Source of the DNA: an uncultured Porphyromonadaceae bacterium
GTDB taxonomy: Bacteria; Bacteroidota; Bacteroidia; Bacteroidales; Muribaculaceae
Assembly (NCBI GenBank): GCA_902491625.1
Contig: CABUIO010000009.1
Span: 1,412-65,411, forward strand
Reading direction: 5' to 3'
Length of the DNA: 64,000 nucleotides
Shown: piece by piece, positions 10,016-20,085 of the stretch
Layout of the letters: each line of letters opens with the position of its first letter
Numbering within the stretch: position 1 is the first letter of the stretch
The notes under the pieces: generated by a model
The model's database searches: none
What the model was told of the DNA's origin: nothing
Seen by the model: the letters and a program-made list of their open reading frames with translations, nothing else
Made by a program: the position numbers and the translations under genes

Positions 10016-11635
10016 ATGAAGAAAATACTCATTCCCATCATAGCTGCGGTGGCTGTCTGCGCCGGACTGAAGGCGTACACTGACCAGGAGCTGCAGTCGG
10101 CGAAGCTACGCTATGCCCAGCAGGCAATCTCACGCCTTTACGTGGATTCGATCGACGACGAGAAACTCGTGGAGGATGCCATCAACGGCATGCTCAAGGG
10201 TCTCGACCCTCATTCGAGCTACAGCAACGCGGAGGAGACACGCGAGCTCAACGAGCCTTTGGAGGGCAATTTCTCGGGCATCGGCATTACATTTAATCTC
10301 AATCAGGACACTGTCTACGTGATCCAGACTGTGGCCGGAGGTCCGTCGGAGAAAGTCGGCATCCTCGCCGGTGACCGCATTCTGGCGTGCAACGATACGA
10401 CTATCGCGGGCGTGAAGATGAAGCGCACCGAGATAATGAAGCATCTGCGCGGCCCGAAAGGGACCAAGGCGAATCTCAAGGTGTTACGTCGGTCGGGCGG
10501 AAAGGCGGACACGATCAATTTCGTTGTAACACGCGCCGAGATTCCTATCTACAGCATTGACGCCTCGTACATGGTCAATGACAGCACCGGCTACATCCGC
10601 GTCAACAAGTTCGCGGCTGAGACTGCCAAGGAGTTCCGTGAGGCCTTGGGCAAGCTTCAGAAAGAGGGAATGCGCAATCTTATCCTCGATCTTGAGGAGA
10701 ACGGCGGCGGTTATCTCAACGCCTCCGTAGAACTTCTCAGCGAGCTTCTCCCATACCATTCATTGGCAGTCTACACCAAAGGCAACGCTTCGGAACGCTA
10801 CAACCATTTCACTTATCCGGGAGGCTACAGCCCGATGCTTCCCGGCGGACGTCTGGTGGTGATGGTCAATCAGTTCTCGGCCTCGGCCGCAGAGATCACG
10901 ACAGGCGCGATCCAGGACTATGACCGAGGCGTGGTCGTGGGACGCCGCACTTTCGGCAAAGGTCTTGTGCAGCGTCCGATTCCTTTCCCCGACGGATCCA
11001 TGATGCGTCTCACTGTAGCTCATTACTACACGCCATCGGGACGCGACATTCAGAAGCCATATGAGAAAGGCGAAAGCGACAAATATGAGCAGGACATCGT
11101 CGACCGCCTTAACTCGGGCGAGCTGATGCACGCCGACTCCATCCACTATGATCCGAAACTCAAAGTGCAGACGCTCAATCTCGGACGCGAAATCTACGGC
11201 GGTGGCGGCATCTCTCCCGATGTATTCGTGCCGCTCGACACGACGGAATACACTACCTACTACCGCGACCTCGTGGCAAAAGGCGTCATCAACTCATTCA
11301 CGATCAACTACGTGGATAAGAACCGCAAGAATCTGAAAAAGCTCTATAAGAACGACACACAGTTCATCGAGAATTTCAAGATCACAGACGCGATGTGGGC
11401 CGACCTCGTGGCCATGGGCACAAAGGAAAAGGTGGAATACAATCAGGAGCAGTTTGAGCGCAGCAAGCCTCTTATAGCCAATATCCTCAAGGCTCTTATA
11501 GGCCGCGACGTCTATGAGGACTCCACATACTACAAGATTTTCAATCTTCACGATCCGATATTCATCAAAGCGCTTGAGGTGATCACCGGACCGGAGTATG
11601 ACAGCCATCTCCAGCCTGCGAAGAAAGAACAATGA
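10016..11635 (+). CDS. Carboxy-terminal processing protease (S41 peptidase, PDZ)
   Basis: Signal peptide from ATG 10016; LDPHS, GIG PDZ, DLEENGGG, SASAAEI and TFGKGLVQ motifs. Confidence 0.92.
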   Translation: MKKILIPIIAAVAVCAGLKAYTDQELQSAKLRYAQQAISRLYVDSIDDEKLVEDAINGMLKGLDPHSSYSNAEETRELNEPLEGNFSGIGITFNLNQDTVYVIQTVAGGPSEKVGILAGDRILACNDTTIAGVKMKRTEIMKHLRGPKGTKANLKVLRRSGGKADTINFVVTRAEIPIYSIDASYMVNDSTGYIRVNKFAAETAKEFREALGKLQKEGMRNLILDLEENGGGYLNASVELLSELLPYHSLAVYTKGNASERYNHFTYPGGYSPMLPGGRLVVMVNQFSASAAEITTGAIQDYDRGVVVGRRTFGKGLVQRPIPFPDGSMMRLTVAHYYTPSGRDIQKPYEKGESDKYEQDIVDRLNSGELMHADSIHYDPKLKVQTLNLGREIYGGGGISPDVFVPLDTTEYTTYYRDLVAKGVINSFTINYVDKNRKNLKKLYKNDTQFIENFKITDAMWADLVAMGTKEKVEYNQEQFERSKPLIANILKALIGRDVYEDSTYYKIFNLHDPIFIKALEVITGPEYDSHLQPAKKEQ

Positions 11636-12945
11636 GAATGAATCGAGCATCTTTCCGCCGTGCCGCCCTCCTTTTGTCTGTAGCGGCCGCAGCTCTGTCA
11701 TCGGCTTCGCCGGTTGCCGCAGACGAGCCGACGATCCAGACCGACCACGACCGGCTGGTGGGCAAGTGGATAGAATTTCCGCTTACCTACGTGACCTTCC
11801 GTAATTTCAAGGAAAAGAGCTTCTCCACGATGCCCGACAGCGCGACGATGACCCTTGCGTCTCTGCAGCCGGAACCGATGCCCGCGGTGCTCACTCCGCT
11901 ATGGATCGAGAACCGCATCGAGGCCATGAGGATAATCGACGAAGCCCGCTACCGCACCATGATCGACAAGCCCGGAAGCGTAGTCTACATTCAGGCGCTG
12001 CTCCCGGATCCGCCGGAGCTGACCCACCGCAAACATAATCTTTCGGAAGAGATCATCGCCGACATTCCGGAATTCATCCACGAGGACAACGCTCCGGTGG
12101 CCATCGACGACATACGCCCCATCAACTGGCTCCACACCTTCAACGGTGCAGTTCAGTTCTCTCAGGCTTATCTTTCGCCCAACTGGTATCAGGGAGGTCA
12201 CAACGCCCTGACACTGCTCGTGAACTTTTTCTGGAACGTCAAGCTCAACGAGGTTTACCACCCCAATCTACTGCTTGACAACACCGTGAGCTATAAGCTC
12301 GCCCTGAACTCCACTCCACAGGACACCCACCACAACTATTCGGTGTCCGAAGATATCTTCCAGTGGAATTTCAAATTCGGCGTCAAGGCATTCAAAAAAT
12401 GGTTCTACAGTCTGACCACCCAGTTCAAGACGCAGCTGCTCAACACCTACGGCGAGAATTCCGACATACGCAAGGCATCATTCCTCTCGCCGGGAAGCCT
12501 CAATTTCGGTCTCGGTATGACCTACAGCACGACCAACAAGCCCAAGACCCTGAAATTCAATGCTTCCATTTCGCCACTCTCCTACAATCTGAACACCTGC
12601 ATCGACCCCAAGGTCGATCCGGTGCAATACAACATACCGGCAGGTGCGAAAACCCAAAGCGAGATCGGTAGCAACGCCGAGCTGACACTGCAATGGCAGA
12701 TGACCCCGAACATCCTCTGGCGCTCCCGCCTTTTCTCGTTCACCGACTACAAGTATTTCCTCAGCGACTGGGAAAACACCTTCAGTTTCACCATCAACCG
12801 CTTCCTCAGCACGCAGATCTATGTGCATCTGCGCTACGACTCCTCGACCGAAATAACCGACATCGCCGCCACCAAACGCTGGCGCTACTGGATGCTCAAG
12901 GAGATGCTGAGTTTCGGTTTCAGCTATTCCTTCTCCACAAAATGA
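11632..12945 (+). CDS. DUF3078-like outer-membrane beta-barrel protein
   Basis: Signal peptide, FSQAYLSPNWYQGG, FKTQ, FLSPG and a C-terminal FGFSYSF beta signal. Confidence 0.7.
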   Translation: MRMNRASFRRAALLLSVAAAALSSASPVAADEPTIQTDHDRLVGKWIEFPLTYVTFRNFKEKSFSTMPDSATMTLASLQPEPMPAVLTPLWIENRIEAMRIIDEARYRTMIDKPGSVVYIQALLPDPPELTHRKHNLSEEIIADIPEFIHEDNAPVAIDDIRPINWLHTFNGAVQFSQAYLSPNWYQGGHNALTLLVNFFWNVKLNEVYHPNLLLDNTVSYKLALNSTPQDTHHNYSVSEDIFQWNFKFGVKAFKKWFYSLTTQFKTQLLNTYGENSDIRKASFLSPGSLNFGLGMTYSTTNKPKTLKFNASISPLSYNLNTCIDPKVDPVQYNIPAGAKTQSEIGSNAELTLQWQMTPNILWRSRLFSFTDYKYFLSDWENTFSFTINRFLSTQIYVHLRYDSSTEITDIAATKRWRYWMLKEMLSFGFSYSFSTK

Positions 12946-13535
12946 GGAAGCAGGCCGCATCCTTTGTTGTGGCCTCGGCCATCTTCCTGTTTTCTCCGGC
13001 AGCAATATCTGCGTGGGAAGCTCCGCGCACATCGCCATTTGCCACGGAGAATCTTGAGATTGTCGGTCAGCAGGCCGCTAAAGTAGCCTACGACTGTCCC
13101 CAGGGACTCTGGAGTTTTCCGGACGATGACTCCGAAGTAGCAATAGTTCCGGCCTCGGACGCAGACCCCGACATCTACAAGATCGTGATGCTCTACGACG
13201 CCGACATGATACCGCCGCGAGGCACTGTCATCGGCTATCTCGCGCCCACGGCCTCAGGCGACAAATGGCACGCCTGGCTCTACGCCTCCGTAAAGGATCG
13301 AAGCATGGAATCGCCACGCGAATTTGCCGTCACGTTCAGATCATCGCCCAAAGGGGAGGAAGCGTCGCTTATATTCGAGAAAATAAAGAAAAAAGGTATC
13401 TCTTGGCGCATCAATCCATTGGCACTGATCCCCTTCGTCCGACGCCTCGTAAACGTACGTCTCAACGACAGCTCCGAACGGCTACCCTACGGCCTGTACC
13501 GTAAAAACACAATCCACCGCCTCCGCTGGCTCTAA
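12942..13535 (+). CDS. Hypothetical exported protein
   Basis: ATG overlaps the previous stop; N-terminal signal peptide; typical codon usage. Confidence 0.6.
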   Translation: MRKQAASFVVASAIFLFSPAAISAWEAPRTSPFATENLEIVGQQAAKVAYDCPQGLWSFPDDDSEVAIVPASDADPDIYKIVMLYDADMIPPRGTVIGYLAPTASGDKWHAWLYASVKDRSMESPREFAVTFRSSPKGEEASLIFEKIKKKGISWRINPLALIPFVRRLVNVRLNDSSERLPYGLYRKNTIHRLRWL

Positions 13536-13548
13536 CACTTCCCAAAAG

Positions 13549-15161
13549 ATGATATCAAAAAAGAATTACAACGACTGCTGAGTGATCTTGAAAGCGACAG
13601 AATAGAACGGACAAGGTCTACTGATAAAATGGATAAGTTCGGGGAAGCGATCTGTTCATTCTCGAACGACTTGCCTGATTATCAAAAGCCCGGCTATCTC
13701 ATCATAGGCGCAGACGATAAAACCGGCGAAGTAGTTCCGATAAACATAACTGATTCTCTTTTAAAGAACATCGCATCCATCCGCACAGAAGGCAACATCC
13801 AGCCTCAGCCATCCATGACGGTAGAGAAAGTAATGCTTGATGGCGGTGCGGTAGTGGTGGTTGAAGTAGAGCCTGCATATTTTCCTCCAGTAAAGTATAA
13901 AGGGAAGATCTGCGTGAGAGTAGGGCCGCGAAGAGGATTTGCCAATGAAGATGACGAACGTAAACTCTATGAGAAGCGAGCCTCGCACGTATTGACGTTT
14001 GATGCTTTGCCTTGTATCGGGAGTTCACTTTCAGACATCGACATGATGTTGTTTAAGCAGATATATCTCACTAAGGCTTATCCGGAAGATGTGCTTGAGA
14101 GTGACAAAAGGGATGTGAGACTACAGATGCAGTCCTTGGGTTTCTATGACATGAAACATGATTGTCCCACCTTTGCTGGAATACTGATGTTCGGCAACAA
14201 TGTTGAGCGCAGACTCCCGGGGGCATACGTACAGTATGTCCGATTTAGTGGTGGCAGTCGTGGTGCTGATGTCGCTTACGACTATAAATTCTCGGGCAAT
14301 CTGATGACTATACTAAACCAACTGGACACCTTTGTCTCTACTACCATAGCCAAGAAGCGTCCGACGCCGGTAAGCGCTTTGAGAGAAGAAAACATCGTGG
14401 ATTATCCGGCATGGGCAATTCGAGAATTGCTGATGAACGCAGTGTGTCACAGGGATTATGAGGGCAACGGCCCGATACAATTCTATCAGTATGATGATAG
14501 AATTGAAATCCTGAATCCCGGAGGATTATATGGCAAGGCTAATCCGAAGAACTTTCCGTGGGTAAATGATTATCGCAATGGAGTGATTGCCGAAGCCATG
14601 AAAGTCCTGGGATTCGTCAATCGCTTTAGTCGAGGCATACAAAGAGTGCAGGAAGAACTAAAAGAAAATGAAAACGGTGAAGCTGATTTCAAGCTTGATC
14701 TTGAAACTGCTTTTCTTGTTAAAGTCAATGTCTCTAAAAAGTCCTTAGTGCCAAAGGATGATGCAAAAGATGACGCTTTGGATGATGCAAAAGACAAATC
14801 TGGCGCAAAGAATGGCACTTTGGATGATGCAAAAGACAAGTCTGGCGCAAAGGATGGCACTTTGGATGATACAAAAGACAAATCTGGCGCAAAGGATGGC
14901 ACTTTGGATGATACAAAAGACAAATCTGACGCAAAGAATGGCACTTTGGAATGTTCAAATATCACTTCTTCTGCTTATGTTACTTATTTATCAATCTTAG
15001 ACAATAATTCCTTTTCACAAAAGAACTTGGCAGCCGAATCAGGTTTGTCTATAAGATCTATCAGTCGCGCACTTTCCGAATTGAAACAAAAAGGAGTTAT
15101 CGTTCGTGTCGGAGGCAAAAGATATGGACATTGGAAAATTCTAAAGAACTTAAAAAATTAG
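13549..15161 (+). CDS. AlbA_2/Schlafen + HATPase_c_4 (RecG C-terminal-like) + wHTH protein; start appears frameshifted
   Basis: AICSFSND...GYLIIG (AlbA_2), AIRELLMNAVCHRDY, RIEILNPGGL, RNGVIAEAMKVLGFVNRFSRGI and a C-terminal HTH (RVGGKRYGHW). The family-like N-terminus ELQRLLSDLESDRIERT lies upstream of ATG 13629 and needs a -1 shift from ATG 13549. Confidence 0.8.
14776..14950 (+). repeat. In-frame 42-bp tandem repeat (4 copies plus partial) encoding LDDAKDKSGAKNGT
   Basis: Units CTTTGGATGAT[G/A]CAAAAGACAA... start at 14776, 14818, 14860 and 14902; partial unit at 14944. Confidence 0.92.
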
Positions 15162-15216
15162 CTAATTCTTTATCCTCAAATTTTATAAATCTTATAAGAT
15201 ATATACAATAGAGGGA

Positions 15217-15714
15217 TCAGCGGAGATGCAGGCAGCCGATCTGAAGCTCTACGCGGAAGGGGGTGGCGCGGCGACGCGACGGTGCCTGACTCTTGTGATA
15301 GTAAAAGGATTTTTGCCGGTCAAATGACTTGATGTCGAATTTGCGCGTCTGCCCTGCGGGAATGTCGCAGTCTATCTCGACATGCCGGCTATGGAGCATC
15401 CTTCCGTCAAGTGTATAGTAAGAAAGTGTGAAATCAAGTCCGGTAAGCCTGCGGTCTGTTGTGTTCGTGATGAAAAAAGATTCTACCGAAGCTTCGGCGC
15501 GTTTGTCGAATCCGGTGATCTGAGCCTGATCAATGCTGTAGCCATCGTTGCACGGCACGCATGGAGAACAGACAGTCAGGGAGCCTTCTGTCATTGCATT
15601 GGTGTCGGCAACTTCCGGCTTTACTGAGAGCTTCATCTTCCGGGCAAACACACAGGGACAGCATCCGGCCGCAATGGCCAGCGCCGTCCCTGCTATGATC
15701 AGCTTTCTGCACAT
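15217..15714 (-). CDS. Hypothetical exported protein (Bacteroidales)
   Basis: Signal peptide, beta-rich body (ESFFITN, CDIPAGQTR, SFDRQKSFYY); directly downstream of prfB. Confidence 0.65.
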   Translation of the reverse strand: MCRKLIIAGTALAIAAGCCPCVFARKMKLSVKPEVADTNAMTEGSLTVCSPCVPCNDGYSIDQAQITGFDKRAEASVESFFITNTTDRRLTGLDFTLSYYTLDGRMLHSRHVEIDCDIPAGQTRKFDIKSFDRQKSFYYHKSQAPSRRRATPFRVELQIGCLHLR

Positions 15715-15724
15715 AGTGCGCGGA

Positions 15725-16841
15725 TTATTCGAGAGTTGCCGCGAACTCCATCAGATATGCCTTGATGAAATCGTCGATGTCGCCGTCCATGACGCCTCCG
15801 ACGTCGCTTGTCTGATAGTTGGTGCGGTGATCCTTCACGCGGCGGTCGTCGAAGACGTAGCTGCGGATCTGGCTGCCCCACTCGATCTTCTTCTTTCCTG
15901 CCTCGACCTTGGCCTGCTCTGCCAGACGATGTTCCATCTCCTTTTCGTAGAGTATGGATTTGAGATGGCGCAAGGCATTCTCCTTATTCTTAGGCTGGTC
16001 GCGCGTCTCGGTGTTCTCGATAAGGATCTCCTCCTGCTCGCCGGTGTAAGGATCCGTGAACTGATAGCGCAGACGGACGCCCGACTCAACCTTGTTGACG
16101 TTCTGGCCCCCGGCGCCGCCGCTTCGGAAAGTATCCCACGACAGGAGAGCAGGCTGGATCTGAATGTCTATCGTGTCGTCGACCAAAGGCGTGACGAATA
16201 CCGACGCAAACGAGGTCATGCGCTTGCCCTGAGCGTTGTAGGGGGAGACGCGCACGAGGCGGTGGACTCCGTTCTCGCTCTTGAGATAGCCGTATGCGTA
16301 GTCGCCCTCCACATTGATCGTCACCGACTTGATGCCGGCGTCATCACCTTCAAGCAGCTGGGCTATGGAAGTCTTATAGCCGTGGCGTTCGGCCCAGCGC
16401 AGATACATGCGCATGAGCATCTGCGCCCAGTCCTGACTCTCCGTGCCTCCGGCGCCTGAATTGATCTTAAGGACGACTCCGAGCTTGTCTTCCTCGCGAC
16501 GCAACATGTTGCGCAGCTCCAGATTCTCGATAGCCTTGATGACTTCGGCATATTGCGCGTCGACCTCATCTTCCGTGACAAGACCTTCCTTCACAAAATC
16601 GAAGGCGAGGGAAAGCTCCTCCACCTGCTTGTCGAGTTCCGTGTAGGAATCGATCCAGAAATGCAATTCCTTGATTTTGCGCATCTGCGTCTCTGCGGCT
16701 TCGCGGTCTTCCCAGAAGTCGGCCACATGAGTGCGCAGTTCTTCTTCTTCGACTTCTATTTTCTTCGAGTCGATGTCAAAGATACCTCCTCAGCGCCAGC
16801 TTGCGCTCTAATGCCTCTTTGAGTTGTTCCTGAGTGATCAT
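15725..16841 (-). CDS. prfB: Peptide chain release factor 2 with programmed +1 frameshift
   Basis: ATG 16841 gives MITQEQLKEALERKLALRRYL, then CTT-TGA-C. The downstream frame has GAGGTES, HRLVRVSPY (SPF-type) and GGAGGQNVNK. Confidence 0.95.
16775..16790 (-). promoter_or_regulatory. prfB +1 frameshift signal
   Basis: Minus strand AGGAGG-TAT-CTT-TGA-C: internal Shine-Dalgarno plus slippery CTT TGA. Confidence 0.93.
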
Positions 16842-16882
16842 TAGTCTGTTAAATTATTGATTAATAAACTGTAATAAATACA

Positions 16883-18742
16883 TCAATATGGCTGATGGCT
16901 CACAAACAAGGGATCCGCGTCGATGAATTCATCAGGATAGAGTGTGTCGATAATACTGATGAAATTCTCACGCACCACCTTGCGGCGCACCTTGCCCGAG
17001 ACAGCCAGTTCACCGGCCTCGACCGAGAGGTCGCGAGGCATTATGCCTATGTTGCGCACATGCATATAATCAGCCAGTTCCTTCTGACGTTTTTCGATTT
17101 CCTCCATGAGGAGTTCCCGGGTCTTAGCGAGGGAAAGAAGTTCGTCATCACCGGAATATTGCCAATGTTTCTCACCGGCAATACGGCGAAGCTCGTTCAT
17201 GTTTGGATAAACCAGCGCCGTCACATATTTTCTGGCGTCGGCCACAGCCACTACCCTTTCGAGCAACGGACTCTCCATTAGGGTATTCTCGATGAGCAGA
17301 GGGGGAACGAGCGTGCCTGTAGAGGTCTTGTAGATTTCCTTGAGGCGTCCGTTGATGACAAGCGCACCCGACCCGGTTATAAATCCGACATCGCCGGTGT
17401 GGAAATAGCCATCTTCGTCGAAAGCTGCACGAGTCTCTTCCGGAGCCTTGTAATAGCCTCTCATGACAGTCGGACCTTTCACCATCACCTCGCCGTTGTC
17501 GTTGATTTTAAGCTTAATGCCTTCAAGCGGATTGCCGACAGTGCCGACAACCGGATTAAGAAAGGGAAATATCGCCACGGATGCTGTTGTCTCGGTCAGG
17601 CCGTAACCAAGCAGGATATCGAATCCAGCTTTGAGGAAGAATCCCATGATCTTGTCGTTGAGCATTGAACCCGCTGTGGGGTAAATGCCTGGCTTGAGCA
17701 ATCCTGACTGCTCACGGAGCTTCGAAAATACATGCTTGTCCCAATAGCGATACTCACGCTCCACACGCCAGGGAATCCTGCGTCCGGTGCGGCGATAGTA
17801 AAGGTTGCGCATCTTGCCGACATGGAAGGCGCGGCGAATAAGCTGCCGGCGCAGCCAGCTCTGCCGGTTGTAATATTCGAAATAGCAAGTGTATAGTTTC
17901 TCCCAGAAACGCGGCACACAGCACATCACGTGGGGATTGATCGTGCGCAGCATATAGGAGATTTTCGCCGGATCATAGCAGAACGCTATGCGAAGGCCTC
18001 GATGCACACACATATAAAGCCACGTCTTTTCGAAAATATGGCTCATCGGAAGATACGAAAGCGACACCTCACCGGGATTAAGATTCACCAGGAACCTGTC
18101 GTGTATCTCCAGACCGGCATCAATCTGCTCGTGTCCGAGCATCACTCCCTTGGGCATTCCTGTCGTTCCGGTGGTGAACACCACAGAAGCCAGATCCTTG
18201 GAGTCACCTTCCTCGATGCGTCTGTCGAGTTCATCACGAAGCCCCGACTTATCTTTCTGAGCCATAAGGGTCCAGATACTCTCGCCGAGGTCGCCATAGC
18301 CGCCTCGGGTCTTCTCGTCCTCCCAGATGAGCACTATCTTGCGCAGCCTGTTGTCCGGATGGGATCTGACGAATCTGACGGCCATGTCATATTGCTTGCT
18401 GTCACCCACAAAGATAACGGAAGCCTCCGTAAGATTCATGATGTGGTTGAAAACATGCTGCGACTCATGGTGATTTATAGGAACCGATACGGCCCTGATC
18501 ATAAAGAGAGCATAATCCAGAGAGAGCATCTGGGGGCAATTGGGGGAACACACGGCCACCATATCGCCGGGACGCACTCCGAGGTCTATAAGCCCCATGG
18601 CAATCTGTTCTGTCTTATCCAGAAAACCCTTCCACGACGTAGACTTCCATTCGCCGGAAGTCTCGTCGATAAAACAATACAACTCGCGATTGCGGAAGTT
18701 GTAGACATTGTCAAGCAGATTTTCTATGATTTTATATGCCAT
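16883..18742 (-). CDS. Long-chain fatty acid-CoA ligase (AMP-binding)
   Basis: FTTGTTGMPKGVML, SYLPMSHIFE, GYGLTET and FHTGDVG motifs; likely ATG at 18742. Confidence 0.88.
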   Translation of the reverse strand: MAYKIIENLLDNVYNFRNRELYCFIDETSGEWKSTSWKGFLDKTEQIAMGLIDLGVRPGDMVAVCSPNCPQMLSLDYALFMIRAVSVPINHHESQHVFNHIMNLTEASVIFVGDSKQYDMAVRFVRSHPDNRLRKIVLIWEDEKTRGGYGDLGESIWTLMAQKDKSGLRDELDRRIEEGDSKDLASVVFTTGTTGMPKGVMLGHEQIDAGLEIHDRFLVNLNPGEVSLSYLPMSHIFEKTWLYMCVHRGLRIAFCYDPAKISYMLRTINPHVMCCVPRFWEKLYTCYFEYYNRQSWLRRQLIRRAFHVGKMRNLYYRRTGRRIPWRVEREYRYWDKHVFSKLREQSGLLKPGIYPTAGSMLNDKIMGFFLKAGFDILLGYGLTETTASVAIFPFLNPVVGTVGNPLEGIKLKINDNGEVMVKGPTVMRGYYKAPEETRAAFDEDGYFHTGDVGFITGSGALVINGRLKEIYKTSTGTLVPPLLIENTLMESPLLERVVAVADARKYVTALVYPNMNELRRIAGEKHWQYSGDDELLSLAKTRELLMEEIEKRQKELADYMHVRNIGIMPRDLSVEAGELAVSGKVRRKVVRENFISIIDTLYPDEFIDADPLFVSHQPY

Positions 18743-19027
18743 CGAACCGTGTGACTCAAAATTCGCAGACGCCTGAGAGACAGTCCTCAAACAGCTTCTG
18801 CAAGCGATCGACCGACAGCAGCGGCAATCGCGATGTTAGACTGAGGGCAAAATTAACAATTATTTTTATAACAGCCGCCCTTAGCCGCGGAAAATTTCTT
18901 TAAAACCGCCCGAATCCGCCCTTTCAGCACCCTGAGAAGTCCTAATTCATAATGTGAAAAAGCGTGCAAGAATATTGAAGGTGCGACAACCGAAGACAAA
19001 TCGTTTTTGCATTTCACAATTAATTAG

Positions 19028-19035
19028 TAACTTTG
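19028..19035 (+). promoter_or_regulatory. -7 promoter element of pheS
   Basis: TAACTTTG, 4 nt before the ATG. Confidence 0.55.
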
Positions 19036-19039
19036 CGAC

Positions 19040-20068
19040 ATGTTAGAGAAAATCAATTCACTCAAAGCAGAAATAGCACAGCTTTCGGCTTCTTCTCCAA
19101 AAGAAGTCGAGGAGCTTCGTATCAAATATCTGAGCAAGAAAGGTGCCGTAAGCCTCCTTTTCAACGATTTCCGCAATGTCCCTGCAGAACAGAAACGCGA
19201 GATCGGCCAGAAGATCAATGAGCTGAAGGAGTTTGCCACCAACCGCATCAACGAGCTGCGCGAACAGGCAGACAGCAGCGAGGCCGCCGGCGCTGCCGCT
19301 GACATCGACCTTACCCGCACGCCTTCGCCCGAGAAACTCGGCTCGCGCCATCCGCTCTCGCTGGTGCGCAACGAGATGATCGACATCTTCTCGCGCATGG
19401 GATTCACGATCGCCGAGGGTCCGGAGATCGAGGACGACTGGCATGTGTTCTCTTCACTCAACTTCCCTGCCGACCATCCGGCGCGCGACATGCAGGACAC
19501 CTTCTTCATATCGCGCCATCCGGCAGACGTGCTGCTGCGCACCCACACTTCGTCGGTGCAGACCCGCACGATGGAACGTATACAGCCTCCTATCCGCATC
19601 GTATGCCCCGGACGTGTCTACCGCAACGAGGCGATTTCGGCACGTGCCCACTGCTTCTTCCATCAGATCGAGGGTCTATACATCGACAAGGACGTGAGCT
19701 TCGCCGATCTGCGTCAGGCGCTGCTCTACTTCGCGCAGCAGATGTTCGGTCCCGAGACCAAGATACGTCTGCGCCCCAGCTATTTCCCCTTCACCGAGCC
19801 ATCGGCCGAGATGGACATCAGCTGCAATCTATGCGGCGGCAAGGGATGTGCGTTCTGCAAAGGCACCGGTTGGGTTGAGATTCTCGGATGCGGCATGGTG
19901 GATCCCAACGTGCTTGAGGCATGCGGCATCGACTCCAAAGTCTACACCGGCTACGCTTTCGGCATGGGCGTGGAACGTATCACCAACCTCAAATATCAGG
20001 TGAAAGACCTGAGAATGTTCTCCGAAAACGACGTACGCTTCCTCTCCCTTTTCGACGGAGCGCACTGA
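19040..20068 (+). CDS. pheS: Phenylalanine-tRNA ligase alpha subunit
   Basis: HPARDMQDTF, LRTHTS, FHQIEGL, RPSYFPFTEPS and GYAFGMGVER motifs. Confidence 0.97.
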   Translation: MLEKINSLKAEIAQLSASSPKEVEELRIKYLSKKGAVSLLFNDFRNVPAEQKREIGQKINELKEFATNRINELREQADSSEAAGAAADIDLTRTPSPEKLGSRHPLSLVRNEMIDIFSRMGFTIAEGPEIEDDWHVFSSLNFPADHPARDMQDTFFISRHPADVLLRTHTSSVQTRTMERIQPPIRIVCPGRVYRNEAISARAHCFFHQIEGLYIDKDVSFADLRQALLYFAQQMFGPETKIRLRPSYFPFTEPSAEMDISCNLCGGKGCAFCKGTGWVEILGCGMVDPNVLEACGIDSKVYTGYAFGMGVERITNLKYQVKDLRMFSENDVRFLSLFDGAH

Positions 20069-20085
20069 CACAGCTACAATCCGAA

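Noticed and set aside
14776..14950. Regularly spaced repeats resembling a CRISPR array
   Set aside because: Contiguous 42-bp units with no unique spacers, in frame in a CDS, and no cas genes.
18950..19020. Possible Rex operator half-sites (TGTGAA, TTCACAA) upstream of pheS
   Set aside because: The half-sites are about 55 nt apart and do not form the compact TTGTGAA-N4-TTCACAA palindrome.
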